The position numbers and the translations under genes were made by a program. Shown here piece after piece: positions 41,501-55,800 of a stretch of 64,000 nucleotides of DNA. The notes beneath the pieces are model-generated. The model did not search any database. It saw nothing but the letters and a program-made list of their open reading frames with translations, and was not told where the DNA came from. The number at the start of each line of letters is the position of its first letter. Within the stretch, counting starts at the first letter, position 1. The DNA is from Bugula neritina (lineage: Eukaryota; Animalia; Bryozoa). Where the stretch lies: positions 22,663,319-22,727,318 of the forward strand of contig OZ037768.1 in assembly GCA_964035545.1 (NCBI GenBank). The letters run 5' to 3'.

Positions 41501-44500
41501 AATAAGAGACTGACTGAAGTGTGCTGTAATTGGATACAATAACTTACAACCATGAAATTAATATCAGCAGAGTTTACTATTGATGAAGATGTCAGCAGAG
41601 AAGAAGATATCAACAGATATGAAGAGGAGAGCCAGAATGGAAATACTCACTGACTTAGAGTCGCTCTGAGCTCGCCTATAGACATAGAGAAGTCCATCGT
41701 ACACAGGGAGTTTGAGAGGGTGTGTTCACAGCCCCGCCTCACCTCCACGGCCGGGTGAGTGTTGAATGGGGCCGAGCTACCAAAAGCTGGATACCTGTAT
41801 CTGAGAAAGTAGAATCACAGGCTATATAGAAGGTAAGAACTTAGTCTGACACAGTTAGTTGAGTGTCAACTGGTTAGTATATGGAGTACATATGCAAAGG
41901 GAGGGAAGTGGTGAAGTTATTACTTATTAGATGGTGAAAGTTAGTGTAGGTAGAATATTTTATCCTAAAATGTAAGTCCATATATGAACTTAACGCTTAA
42001 AAGGCCTAGTGATAAATTTGATGAACAACTTTTCCACAGCTGTCACTTTTGTATAAAATTCAAAGTGCAGGAAAAAATCAACCTACTGTGTTTCTTAACT
42101 ATTTCAAGTCTTTTTCCCAGAACACAATTTTCATGGAGTATTTACTAAGCACAGCACAGCACAGCTAGGTCACATGACTGGCACAGTTAGGTCACATGAC
42201 TAGCACAGCGAGGTCACATGACTAGCACAGCTAGGTCACATGACTAGCACAATCAGGTCACATGACTGGCACAGTTGGGTCACACAACTCATATTTACAA
42301 GGGTCACCTGAGATAGATGAAGATGTGATGGTCGGTGTGTACATTAGCAATAGAGTTGAGTTGCAGAGTGAACTCGTAGTGGTGGGGCTGAGTACTGAGC
42401 TGCGTGTGTTCAGATGTTGTGGTGAGACTGCCCCCTCCCCGACTTGCTTTAGCTGGACTAGATGGCGCTGAGTCTATGAACAAACAGAAATTCTTAGCAG
42501 ATGTGGCGTTATAATCTCACAACACAATCAGCTGTGAAAACGAAATATATTTTGCGAATGCAATTGTTTGACTATCTTGGTAAATTTGGTAATAATTCCA
42601 AATTTTTACAGATAATTGAGAAAATAGAAGTTCTTGTGATGACAACATTTACTCTCTCTAATTCACTCTGCCATCTATAACTACCTTTCTCTAAATTAAT
42701 ACTCTCAACACACATTCTATGAATCAGTCTTTTTAAGTCATTCTCTTTAACCACTCACAGTGACTCACTCACAGTGACTCACTAACTGTAACTCACTCAC
42801 AGCAACTCACTCACTCACTCACTGTAACTCACTCACTGTAACTCACTCACAGTAACTCACTCACTGTAACTCACTCACAGTGACTCACTAACTGTAACTC
42901 ACTCACTGTAACTCACTCACAGTGACTCGCTAACTGTAACTCACTCACAGTGACTCACTACCTCCGACAGACTAGGATCTACCACTTACTATTCACGTGG
43001 TGAGGTTTGACTGAAGGCTGCACAGAGCTATGTTCCTCGCTGTCAAACATATCGCTATAGTCATCAGCTGTGTCTGGTGCAGATCTCTCTTTAGACTGGG
43101 GTCCCTGTGCAGAAGGCTCTGGGGAGTTGGGGCGGTCAGTCAAGCACATCCCACTGTCCTGCTGAGTGGCTGTAACTGTAGGCTCCTCCCTCTTTAGTTT
43201 GATTGACAGCCCAACCACCGGCTGCTGTGACTGCAGTCTAGGCGACTCTTTGTATTTGGCAGGGGGAAGCAACTACAGAATATAGACTTTATTAATTCTT
43301 ATACTGCCAACTATCCTAATATGACAGAAACTGTGATTTGATAAATAAGATGCTGAAGGCAAATTGTAGAATTGCTGGTTTGAATGTAGTACTACACAGC
43401 ATCATGGGTAACACTCACAGCACACTCTAGAAGCCAACTTGTATGTTGTGCAGATTTAATTTAAATCATAATGAGCCAGAAAAAAATTTCTAGTCAAGTT
43501 TTGGAGCGAAAAAACTTGCTATTATTCTATCAAACTTCATTTTTCCTATATTGAAAATTATAATGTTTCAAGTAAACTTTTTAACAACTACTTATAACCA
43601 TTACAAGCTTATAAGTTGCGAGTCTAAACGCTTAAATTAAATATCCGTTGTTGGAAGTTACTAGCATAATTAAAAATCTGATAAAGGAAAAAAACATGAT
43701 ATTTACAGTACTCATTAAACCAACACACGCAAACCTAGTAACTGTAACAGGATACAGTAGACAGCTGCCCACCTCAAACGCTCCTTCGAGGACAGCTGCT
43801 GTGTTGAGCTCGCTGTTATCTCCTTCCAACAACGACGCGAGACTGACAGTTGCGTTGCCGAGTGACTTGTCTCCAGTACACAAGTGAAACTGTAAGATAC
43901 AGCAGGATATGACATCATCTTTCTAGTGGTATGTGATATATATAACTATTACCTGCGTAGACTGAGATACTTGCGTAGACTGAGAGTATATCACCTGCAT
44001 AGACTGAGAGTTGACCAAATACTGTCGCAGTACGGGTAGACTAGTTCGAATCCTGACCGACGCCCTTTCAGCCGTCATCTTAGGCTCAAGGAGGTCGAGG
44101 AATCTGTCTGTCAGCACGTCGTTGTCAAAGAGAGTGTAGAAGAAGTAGAAGCCCTGCTGATCTATTGACAAGTTGCCTGCGTTGGGTAGTAACTGTTGAA
44201 ATAGTAAACATAACATACATAATACACAAAATAATAGAGCTGTGTGTATATTTCAAGATATTTATTTAGTTGAAATGAAATATGATGTAAAGAAAATTAT
44301 GCTAGATGTTTACATTGTTTTATGCTAACTTTTTATCTTGCTTTCAAACGAGATCAAAATAAAATACCATAATGTAAAAACCAATAATAATATAATGTAA
44401 TATTATGTAATGTAATGTAATATTACATATAATAATATAATGTAACATCATATAATAATGTAATAATACATGTACACACTTCGGACAGATTGGCAGCGAA

Positions 44501-46727
44501 TGCAACAGTGACGGATAGTGTGAAGATGTCTTTACACCTGTCAGGGGGGCCGAGCTGGAACACCCCCTCTACGTCATTCAGTTCGGGTTTCAACTGACTC
44601 ACATCAACAGCACTCGTGTCAGCATCTACAAACCAACATACAATTCGTTAAACGTTAGGATAGAATTCACTTCCTTCGCAGTCTAAATAGAAACTAATTT
44701 GCGAGCTACAGAAAATTTAGCTGTATAAAACACCGAGCCTGATTAAATTGAAAAATATCACATTGAAATACTGTATCAGCTGACAGAAAATCATTCACCC
44801 AATCAAAAATGAGCTTTCAAATTTTGATTAAGAATAAAAGACAGTAACTGCAATGATCCAGAAGTATAATCTGTACGTTATATGAACAATACATTTCTGC
44901 AGTACCTACTTTAATTTATTACAAAGTAATTTAAAATGCAGCATGTGTGAACAGTAGACTGAGTACTAACTTTTGATCCCAGGAACGCTGGTATCTCCTC
45001 CCTCAGTGTTATATAGTGCCTCAATGTACACAGCTACTTTCAGTTCAGGTTTCGACTTCTTGTATTTCGTGTTCAACAAGTGATACCACTTCTTTACCTG
45101 AAGAATCAAGTGAAAACTATACATTCACAGAGCACACTCAACCAAATCATCAAGTCAATTCCATGGCATCACAAATTCAATTCTATGACATCACAAAGTC
45201 AATTCCATGACATCACAAAGTCAACTCCATGACATCACAAATTCAATTTTATGACATCACAAAGTCAACTCCATGACATCACAAATTCAATCCTGTGTCA
45301 TCGCTAAGTTTAATTTAGCGCATAATTAGAAAGCATGAGGTGCATTCAGTGATCTCTTTTCCTTGTAAAAGTTCATGATACAAGAGAGAAAAACTCTTGT
45401 GTTCATAAAAACCTTGATAACTTGATTCTATCATACAGGAAGGTGAAAAACTCTCAAGAAAGGCCTGAGTTACAATCCAATAACACATTCAGTCATATTT
45501 GCCTTCCTAAATCATATAATTCAGCTTATGGAATGCAAAAAACTCTCTGTAAAAATAAGACCCACTGATACGAGACAGTATCACTGCAACAGCATATCAG
45601 TAATTACTAGACATGTAGGCTGATAAAAACAACATGGCTGTTTGCCTACAGATGAAGTTATTCATCTTTTTACTTAAAAACTAAGTACGCTATTCCATAA
45701 AACCAGTGAAACCAAATACCGGTTTATCAGGAGCGGAGCGCACATCGATCACCATGTAGCCAATGAGCTCTTTAGCAGACGACCTCGTATCCACTGCATA
45801 GCACAAGATCTTGATTGGAGTTCTTTGCAGCCGGTGTTGCTGCAGATTCTTCTTGTTAATCTGCCACGCCAACTCCTGAACAACTTCGGGGGTTTCCACG
45901 TGCTCCACGCCATCTGTGCTCAGCAGCTCCCCGTCAAACTTGGCTTCAAACACCAGCAGGTGAGCGGGTCGTTTGGGGAAATTTCTACCTGCAAATGCAA
46001 ACATTTCACTCAGTTTTAAAACCAGCTTAGGTTAAGATCAAATAGTGAAAATGCATACCAAAAATAGAAAAGAAGTTGGGGTAAATCTAAATAAAAGCCA
46101 AAAATAGAAATAAATTTGCAACAAACTTTTCCACTAATAAGTCAAAGTTCTTTGGTCAATCAGAAATTTTGTAGCATTGAAAACATAACTGATTCTTAAT
46201 AATGTTATTTATATTGTGAAAATACAGTCAATGCTACAGGGTAACACAACACATTTATTAGAAGGTAGCCTTCAAATGTGAATGATGCATTGATATTTAT
46301 GCTAAAAGATTCAATATTTTTGCATAGTCTAGGGTGCAAAAGACCCTTGAGCAATATTTTAATATACTTAAGTAGGATTTTTATAACCATGTAAGTCTAT
46401 TATTAATTTATTTGACATGTACTATGCTTTCTTTCAAACTGAAACAGTACTGCAACTTTGCAATTTATTGAAAAACTAATTTTCCTACAACTTTCCGAAT
46501 TCCTCTTAGGTTGTGATCAGCTTGTGAACTCAATTCAATATGTATTACCCCTACGTCTCTGCCTGAAACAACTAATAACAGATAACATTACTTTACAGCT
46601 GCAGCAGGTCAATACTGTAGGCCTCACCAAAGATATGTACAGTTTCTCATCTGTTTACACTTAGTAATTAGTTAAACTCACCTTCGGAAACCAGCACTAC
46701 TATCATCTGCATCGGGTTTGACCCCAT
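29561..46727 (-). CDS. CEP120: Centrosomal protein 120 (three C2 domains plus coiled coil)
   Basis: Starts [16 protein letters not shown]|[41 protein letters not shown]; internal [12 protein letters not shown] and [12 protein letters not shown]|[22 protein letters not shown]; ends [22 protein letters not shown] at 29561. All match CEP120 as recalled; roughly 20 GT-AG exons. Confidence 0.96.
30835..31070. repeat. 32-bp minisatellite (~7 copies) right after the CEP120 donor at 31080
   Basis: Unit CCCACAATGCATTATTACCTACCAGTTCCTTT. Confidence 0.95.
34898..37074 (+). CDS. Rhodopsin-class orphan GPCR nested antisense in a CEP120 intron; 352 aa unspliced or ~638 aa spliced (34898-35917 joined to 36178-37074)
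   Basis: Seven hydrophobic segments with GN (TM1), LCMSD (TM2), DCF..WPLHY (TM3), W (TM4), FLLLWLP (TM6) and DALIY (TM7). Phase-0 donor CTG|GTACGT at 35917 and acceptor TTGTAG| at 36177 join in frame to the ORF at 36268-37074. Confidence 0.85.
37680..38122. repeat. 33-bp minisatellite (~14 copies) containing the CEP120 splice donor
   Basis: Minus-strand unit CAGTGTACTTGAGAAG|GTAAGTACTGAGTGAGT. Confidence 0.95.
41266..41298. promoter_or_regulatory. Heat-shock-element-like array (7 alternating nGAAn units)
   Basis: TTCcaGAAccTTCcaGAAggTTCtgGAAggTTC. Confidence 0.5.
42160..42285. repeat. 22-bp tandem repeat (~6 copies) after the CEP120 donor at 42307
   Basis: Unit GGTCACATGACTAGCACAGCTA. Confidence 0.9.
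42753..42960. repeat. Compound ACTC-based repeat (GTGAGT-rich on minus strand) after the CEP120 donor at 42989
   Basis: ACTCACTCACAGTG and ACTCACTCACTGTA units. Confidence 0.9.
45160..45290. repeat. 22-bp tandem repeat (~6 copies) upstream of a CEP120 acceptor
   Basis: Unit ATGACATCACAAAGTCAACTCC. Confidence 0.9.
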
Positions 46728-48196
46728 CTTCTCTAAAACACCAGTTGATAATATGTCAGTAGTTGGCTTAGTAGATTAATACAATTTAATATTATTTAGA
46801 AATGCTGATTATTTGATAATAATCCAATAGTGTTATCATCATTATTCATAAATTAAGAGCCTTTATTCCTAGCTGTATCAAATACACTCACAAACTAAAC
46901 TTACATTCATAGCGATGGCATTAATTATAGTGTACAAATTCATCATTAACATTATTATATTTATTGACTATAGCAAAAGCTCTAGCACAGCAAAGTCAAG
47001 AAAAAAATCCATTTCACTTAATTTAAACAATAATTTAATGAAATCATCTAAAAAAACATTAAAAATAATATTTGAGATATATTTACCAACTCTATCAACA
47101 TAATTATTAGTAAAAGTCATACTCAATCGTTTAAATGATTTGCAATGAATGGCTGGGTACCATAATACGTAACTTTTAAACATTTATCAAATGATATTTC
47201 CGGTTAAACAGGTATAACTAATATGTATATTATAATAATGATTAAATATAATACTTTTATAGAAATAGACTATTGTTATTAATATTAAAATTAATAAATT
47301 GCTTGGTTACAAGTTACAATGAAATCAACTAAATTTAAAATATCTATTAGACATTAGACTTAGTATTAGTATAGTATTGCTATTACTATTAGTATTAGTG
47401 ATACTGTATTAGTATTAGTATTAGCAAATAAATACATTTAAAACCACTAATCTTAATTAATAATTAAAGCCACTACGACTATCAGTATCACTATGATTCC
47501 AAACCACTAATTACTATTACTACTAGTATTACTATTACTATTAGTAATTAAGACTTAAATTTAAATCACAGAATCAAATGACTAATTTAAATTCTATTTC
47601 TAAATCAAAGTAAGCCTAAAATTTAAAGATAAAGTCAAATGCTAATGATGCGTGAATATTATTATCATTTTGATCATCATTGTCAAAATAATTATTACTA
47701 TCATTTAATATAAATTAAAATAAAAATAAGTAAAAGTAAAACTCAAACTGAAGTCTGAAAATGAAACTGAAAGTAAAGAATTTTAAACTCAAACTAAAAA
47801 TTACTCCAACTGCCTATTGGTGTTGCAACTATAATTCATTACATTTACTAATACTATACAATAATTATATATTAAAAACACAAAGATTGCTAACAGAATA
47901 TATATTGATTGTAAAATAAAAAGCAAAAAGTTTATCATTACAAATGTAGTCCACTAACACAGCTCAGAAACTGTTTGAATTTTGTGCTGTATACAAAGGC
48001 AAAAATTTGAAAAGGCATAGTTTGGAACTTGCATTTTGATTGTTTGTGGTATACTAGTAGCCGCCTGTAAACAGAAAGCTAATAAAACTAGAACAGAGGT
48101 TATGTTTGAAATGTCAAGCTACTCCTAACGTCGCAAAAGTCGTAAGCGGTTTGCTCTATAACTAGTAATAAAATGTATATATAAGGTCTCGTTATT

Positions 48197-48315
48197 GTCT
48201 ACGGCCATATCACGTTGAAAACGCCAGTTCTCGTCCGATCACTGAAGCTAAGCAACGTCGAGCCTGGTTAGTACTTGGATGGGTGACCGCCTGGGAATAC
48301 CAGGTGCTGTAGACT
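48197..48315 (+). rRNA. 5S rRNA gene, single copy in the window
   Basis: GTCTACGGCCATATCACG..CCGATCACTGAAGCTAAGC..TTAGTACTTGGATGGGTGACCGCCTGGGAATACCAGGTGCTGTAGAC followed by TTTTTT; terminal GTCTAC/GTAGAC helix intact. Confidence 0.97.
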
Positions 48316-49379
48316 TTTTTCGTTGTTTTTTACAAACCCAGCCTTAAAAGCTGTTTTAAAACACCTTAAACTTTATGATATAATTTCATTATAATATCTT
48401 CATGAATAACAAATATAACTTGTAAGCAACGCAGCCCCTATATTGCACCATATAACCATTAAAGCTTCCTGAAAGAAGGCTTATTAAACATAAAATTATT
48501 GTCTATACCCATTACGCCATAAATGTTTAGTTTTATAGTCATTGGACTTTCATTGCACTTAAAATAAAATAAGAAGCTATAATTTTCCTCTCAAGTCTTC
48601 TTGCGTAAAAACTTGAATGTAGTATGGCAGCTACATGCAGGCCTTCATACTTGACTTTTACATTTTCTTAAATATTTATTACTCACATCAAACCATGATA
48701 AATAGTTTTAGTTTGTTGGTTGTAAACAGTTACATAACATATTAAACTTTTTCACAGTTTCTAATACTTTGTTTTCATTAGAATATAAAATGGTTAAGAA
48801 TTATTGATTTACTTTAACCTAGAACTGTAAACATGTTATTCTGATTTAATTCTGAAGGTATTTGCTGAAACACAAGCCTCGGTATATATTTTGTTTTACT
48901 ATTGGCTTTGTAGATGATTGACGTAACTTAAATGTCATAAAACCCTTTACTTAGTATTAAGTTGATTACTGCGTAAAGTGACTAAGATTTACATTTGCTG
49001 TATCAATATTGGCTAGTTGAAACTATCTGATCGATTACATCATTATATACACTCCCTGCTATTCTATATAATATACTACATATACAATGTGCTATAATTG
49101 CTATTATAACAATGAAAGTGTCATTTTATTTATAATGTTTGCACCAGTGTGTAATTATATTTCCTCCTTGATATAAATATCAGATATTTTAGAAAAGACA
49201 AATATTTATTAAGCTGTCGCTATTCCTGGCCAGGTTATTAAAAATCTAAAAATTCTACCTTTTAACTTTTGTGACAAAAAGTTTTACCAAAATAAGTCTG
49301 ACGTGCATTTCGTAAACTGTAGAAAGGATTATCCCACAATCCTTGTTAAACTCCATTAGAGATTAGTTCATCTGCTGAG

Positions 49380-49760
49380 CCTTGATTGGCTGATGTTTCT
49401 AATTCCCAATAGCTGATTGGTTAGCTGGGGTATGATGAATTACAGGGGAGTGGAATAATCTAGCTACTAGTCAGTTACTGATACATACCTACACGTGATA
49501 CATCTCTGTTTCTGCGTACTTACACTCTACGTTTACTTGCAGTTCACTCCTACACTTACAGCTCACATCTACTTACAGTTCACGTCTACATACAGTTCAC
49601 GTCTACATACAGTTCACACATACTTACAGTTCACATCAACCTATACTTGAAAAGTTAACTATATATAGTTTGAAACTGCTTATACGTTAAAACGGTACTG
49701 TATCAAAACATACGAAGTTAACAAACTTACATCTGACGTACATACATCTGACGTACTAGG
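49380..49760 (+). promoter_or_regulatory. Probable promoter / 5' region of the class B GPCR
   Basis: Two ATTGG boxes (~49385, ~49416), Inr-like TCAGTT (~49471), CACGTG (~49492) and two TGACGTA (~49734, ~49749). Confidence 0.4.
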
Positions 49761-49865
49761 AGCTCACATGCTAAAAGTGGATATTCTTACAGACAAACTT
49801 GAGTCTTACTAAATACATAGCAGTTAGTTAAGTCCTTCTCTTGTGGGATGGTTTAAACCAGCACA

Positions 49866-52800
49866 ATGGTTCCTTCAACTTGGATTACAAACTACCTGGC
49901 TATAGCTACTTACTTCCTATTTGTCCTAGGCAGTTTGGTAAGTTCTGTGTAGGTAGATTTGCATGTGTTTCATGGAAATCTACAATATATTACATAATAC
50001 TTATATTTCACTTACATTATTCTTAATACATAACATGTTATACTTAAAAATATGCTGCATCTATTAGAACAATTTTTTATTCTTATGCGAGTGTTTCATG
50101 GATCAGTTAAACAGGGAACTTCTTGAAAATTAATTACTAAATAATCTTGTAACTTGAAACAGTTTGTTAAATTTTTGATATGAAACAAAATATTTACACG
50201 TTTAACTTTAAAATCCCACAGTCAAAAGTAGTTTTATTAGTCTTCACTAAGCAAAATTCACTAATATAATTGGAATATGTTTGCTTTTCAAAGAGATTTA
50301 AGGTAAAAAGCTTTAGTATTTCTAAGAAGGAAAGGTATAACATTGTAAATATATTTTGAAAAAGTAATCATGTGCCCAAAGGAAAATCCTTGAGTAAAAT
50401 ACACTTTGTACTAAAATCATTATAATATTGTTTATTATTCTGTAATAATGCACCAGGCATCTAAGTATACGTTTTTTCCTAATCCAAGCGATAAATATAA
50501 CAATAAAATAATTTAGGTCATAATTTATTGAAAATAGTGAGTGCATATGAATAATGATAGACAGCAGCATAGAGTAAACAGTATAAGCAAATAACACACA
50601 CATGAATCACATGAAATATATTGCAATTTATTTTACAAAATTTTACACATTTTCTCAAATATTAGATTTTAACGATTCTTCAGCCTTAATGTTTTAGACA
50701 TTTGATCTCTTAATATGTATATTATTTATATGCAGCTAGCAGCTGGTATTCTTAGATACATGCTTTGAGTTTAAGGTTTTGGTGAAGTTTTAAAGTTGTG
50801 TTTTTCAGTATTATTGTACTTTAAATTGTTTTAAAAAATGTTTAGTATTTCTGCAACTTTTTATTTATGGCAAAAAGCGTATTATTATTAAACTTTGAAT
50901 TAATTTCTTTTTCAATTAGAATTTGCAAAAACATTTCAAAGTCATTGTTCAAAATTAGTTGTCTAAGTAGAATTTCATCAACATCTTGTAAGCATGAATG
51001 ACTTATTCTCTATGCATTTTATTTATCTTAAAACAATTTAGGTACGTAAAATCTAAATCTGGAAAGATTTTAATAACCTTTTCTTCTTTTGTTTGCACTC
51101 ACTACAGCACCTTCTATTTTAATACTGTGTGGTTTTTCTTCTTAACTATTAAAACTGAATACATTATGCAATATCTTCACCACATCAAACAAGACAGGTA
51201 GATTAAGCTGTTGGATATGACTATGCAAGTACCTTTATCTATTGGTATGGCCACAAATAAAAATAATGATGCTCTAAACACCATTTGTTGGCTTAATTGG
51301 TTACTGTTAGCTAAATTTATTTAGTATGTGGAGTCAACGATTGCTACTGTGTGTGGAAGGTGTACTTATAAATACCCTGATAGGAAGAAAGCTGTTAGGA
51401 CACTTAGGCTATGCATCAATAACGCATTGCCACGATTATATAACTTAATACTATTGATGATATTTTGGTGCAACAGTTTTATGATGATAAGCTATAAAAA
51501 GGTTGCATCGAGTTGCTGGATTTTACTCATTCCTCTGCCTTAAAATCAATATGGCTACATGCATTATGCAGCGAAATCATTAGCATGGCCTCCATTTTGT
51601 TTCCACAAAAAGTCATTAGGACTAAAATGATAATAGTTTTGAAATCTTAGTTTCCTTTTAACTATAGTCTTATCAGCTTTTCAGAAAATAATGTTCTTTC
51701 ACCTATAGCACACTTTTACATTATTAGAAAGCTCAAGACTCGCTGATTTTATAACCCAACAAAGAGCTCTATATGCTGTGAAACATTTTCTTTAATGTAG
51801 GGAGTTGAAAACGACTTCTATATTTCATGGAGAATGTGTTTTTTGAGGCAAATATTGTTATGCTAAATAGATTCCGTAACAATGAATATGAAAAAGTGCT
51901 AAGTGTCAGAATTAGCACACCTGCATTTCCTTGTCATTGGAGGTGTTACCCGCTAATATAGGTATTTAAAAATCAATTTGTTGTTAGTAATTGCACATGA
52001 GAAAACTGTATTGAATATTACGAGAAAAATAATCTGAATTAGTAAAATTGCTGAAATGAAGAGATTACTTTTTTCAAAACTGGGTAATGAAGACGATTGC
52101 GCGACTGTAGAGATACGTGCCTTAATTATTTGAGAACATTTCTTTAGTTTTTTGTTAGTGCTGATACATTAAAGAGGTTAATCAGAACTTATACATCATA
52201 TTGAGATAAAAAATATGTTTATTAGTAAATAAAAACATCATTTCGCTACTTCGAGCCTTGCAATATAACAATTTATCATTAGTTTATGAAGTTATCCTTA
52301 TAACATATTTTCTCAACAAGTGACATAGCATTAAGTCTTACAGCAGTAGTCTTAACTTACATTTTTTGCTGCATAATATTACAATGTTATGTCAAACGCC
52401 TATGAGCTCAGACAAATCAGCTTCTTCATAACGTCAATTTTATACGAAATAAAAATGCTTAGAAAGATTAGGAGAGGAAGAGAACTGTTGTCTAAGTTCA
52501 TTCCGATTGTAAAATGAGTCATTTCGATCAAGTCATTTGAACTTGTCTGAAGGAAACTTGCTGCAGACAATGTATATTGTTCAGGGTTAAAAGCCGAGGA
52601 TTATAAAACAATGCCGTACAGAGTTTGAAACAGATTGTGTCTGACATTTTTAAAGTCACACTTCCTTGTGCCATGCAAAAAGCTGGATAGATTTTGCTTG
52701 CTTAGTACAGAAATTATATGACTAAAAGAATTTTAGTCATATATTTTCATACCGCTTTCAGCATTAATTGAGAGGCAGGTAGTATTTTGAATAAAAACAA

Positions 52801-55800
52801 TTTTAGTTTTGTTTTAATTTAGCAAAATTCATGCTTAATATGTTCATGCTTTTGTAGGCAAAGGTTCATTTTTACAACAAACAACAGCAGCAGCAAAACA
52901 TCGATGATGCTAGAGCTGAATGTGTGGAGATCATTGCTGAACATAAGAGTATCCATCAAACCAGTGAGTTCTACAATTAGTGAAATGTGTAGCTTGGCCA
53001 ATCAGAATCAATTTTGTTAGCACAATTGTTCTCATTGGCCCATGCTTATTAACTACAGCATTTATTTTTAAATCATCTGCAGATATGTTTATTCATTTAA
53101 TCCTGTTGAAAAATTGTCTGTCTCTATGCGGACTTGATTTATGTTGACACCAATATGACTTTTTCCTTCTTCAGCAAACTGGCAAACGCCCATGAATATT
53201 ACAAAGATGTGAGCTAATATACTTATCAATACAATAATTAGAAATAATTTTAACAAGTATGTCTAGCTGTGGTTATGATTGTACATAATAATGAAAAATG
53301 TTAGGAGAAGCTTCTGGTAGCTTTTCTAGTTGACTTGACAAGCACTGAAATATGGTGGCCATTCTCTTTGAGGGCAAGATGTACTGGTAACTCATAATTT
53401 GTGGTTGCACAAGTGACCGAAAATATTTTGAAAATAAAATATAGTTTAACTATGCGTCATTTGAGTTGAAATTCATGTAAACATATTGAGGAATGTACAG
53501 CTTAGTACTAGCCTAATGTTTCTTGCACTTAATTAGTACAACTTGGTGGGATTCTGATGAATGATTCACCGTATTATCACCTACAATCTGGAGGTAGAAA
53601 GGTTACTTGAAATGTTATGTCTTTCATCTACAGTTTATTGCTTGTTCAGGATTGGTGTAAAAAGTCATGCTTTGAACTATTTTAAACTTATGTCTTATTT
53701 TGAGTTTAGGCCTAATAGTTATTTAACGCAACAAGCCATGGAAAATTGCATTTTATCTACAATAACACAGTTTATTTTGGTCTATCCTACTAAATTTTTA
53801 GCCATATAATTATCCCACTAAGGTGGGATAACTCTGTGGTTTCGCACATTTACTGAGCAGTTCATTTATGACTCATTTTATTTAAAACTTGGTTGCCAAA
53901 TACACTTTCTATCAATTCATCTGATTTAACAATTCAAATCTAATTGTCACCTTCATTGTAAACAAGAGGTACAGCTGTCTACTAAAACATAGCCTCATCA
54001 TACTAGAATTTATGAGAGATAGAGGCTGTATACTCCAGCTTCCCTCACCTGAACTCAAAATCAAAGTTTAGGGTGTAAAAAAGCTCCTCTTAATTACATA
54101 CTTTTAATTACATACTTTTGATATGCTATTATGTTTTGATGCATCCAAACAAAAACGTGTTTGCTAAAGCATGTGTTTATTGCCTCTTTATAACGATATC
54201 ACATCACTCCACTCTTTATGGTGATGAAGCTCTTGTACGCATTTATCGTATCATATCGCATTTCGTCATATTGATAAACTCTTCATCGCAGGGCCTTTTC
54301 AATACTCATATCAGCATATTACGCTATTTTGATTGCTACTAACTCACAATACCCACTTGACATATCATATAATCTGCTACAACACAAAACCCTCTTCCTA
54401 TGCCTTCTGTATATAATTGTATTTGGCCATAAAAATACAGCAACAGTTGCATATGCAAACACACTCATAGTCTCTACTGTATTTACAGAGTGTGTTAAAG
54501 TATTATAATTCATGCCACCCACTATGTCTTTTGGTTATGGGACACAGTTCTACAAAACCTTTTAATAATTCATATTAGGTTCCTTATGCAATCAGGTATA
54601 TGTCATAAAATATAAATAACCTGACACCTTTTTTATAAAAACCCACGTCACGGCTCACAATGTTCTCTCAGGGCAAATCTTTACTGCTTAGAGTTGTGGC
54701 GTTTTACCACATAGTTACTTCAAGATACAACTTTATGATTTCTTCAAATGAGTAAAGTTTTCGTGTAATATTGGAATAATTGCACAATCACTGGCGTTGC
54801 TTGGCAACAGATGCAATTCTTTTTAACTTGTCAATTGTAAATGTGTGGTAAAATAATAGCAGGAATTTAGGCTAATTTGGTGCACATGCCAAATTTTAAA
54901 GGTCAAATACGCTGATGTCTTTCGGTTACTCATAGCCATGGAGGAGCATCTCACTAACCCATACTAGCCTGCAGTTACAGTATTACATATCTAAGGCTAT
55001 GATAACTTATTACAGTGTAAACATCAACCTAGTAAAATACCTTCTGTTTAAACAATATAAAACCAACAGCAACAAGCTGCTGAATTCATCACGTGCTGCA
55101 TATTCCAGATTAGCATTTGATTATCATGAGTAGCTGGAAGGGATAACTGCAGCAATATAAACCTGGTATTTACTGTAAATGTCAGTTATTTGTGTTGTAG
55201 ATATCAATGGCTCGTGTCCGATACACTTTGACGGAGCAACGTGCTGGCCCCAGACACCTTGCAATACCACGGCTAGCATACAATGTCCAGACTACGTCAA
55301 CTTATTTGATAGCTCAGGTAAAGGGTGCACAACCCCTGTTTCCTATTTGCTCTTTCTGCATCCCGGTATGTGTATTTTTCCCATCATAAAGGATGTGCTC
55401 TTTTTAAAGTATAATCATTATTGAGAGAAAAAATATAAAGGCTCTAAGAATTGCATTAAAATGTAATGTAGAAGCTATTAAATCAAATTAAACTAGCTTG
55501 TATTTTACTACATTTGTTTACACTGCACTTGGTTGATTATGTATTGCCTATCATCAATCAATATATAACTGATCAATCAATCTATAACTGATCAATCAAT
55601 ATATGATTAGTCAATTGCAATTATTCCTATAGCCAATAAATCCTATAACTTATATTTCTTTATATTCTGTATTTAGGGTTATATGTTACCGCCCTATTCT
55701 AACCATTGTTATGCTTCCAACATTGTGAAATAAATTTTACAATGAGATGGACAAAAAGTATATTTGAAACAGTATCAAATTTAACCCCACATAAAGCACT

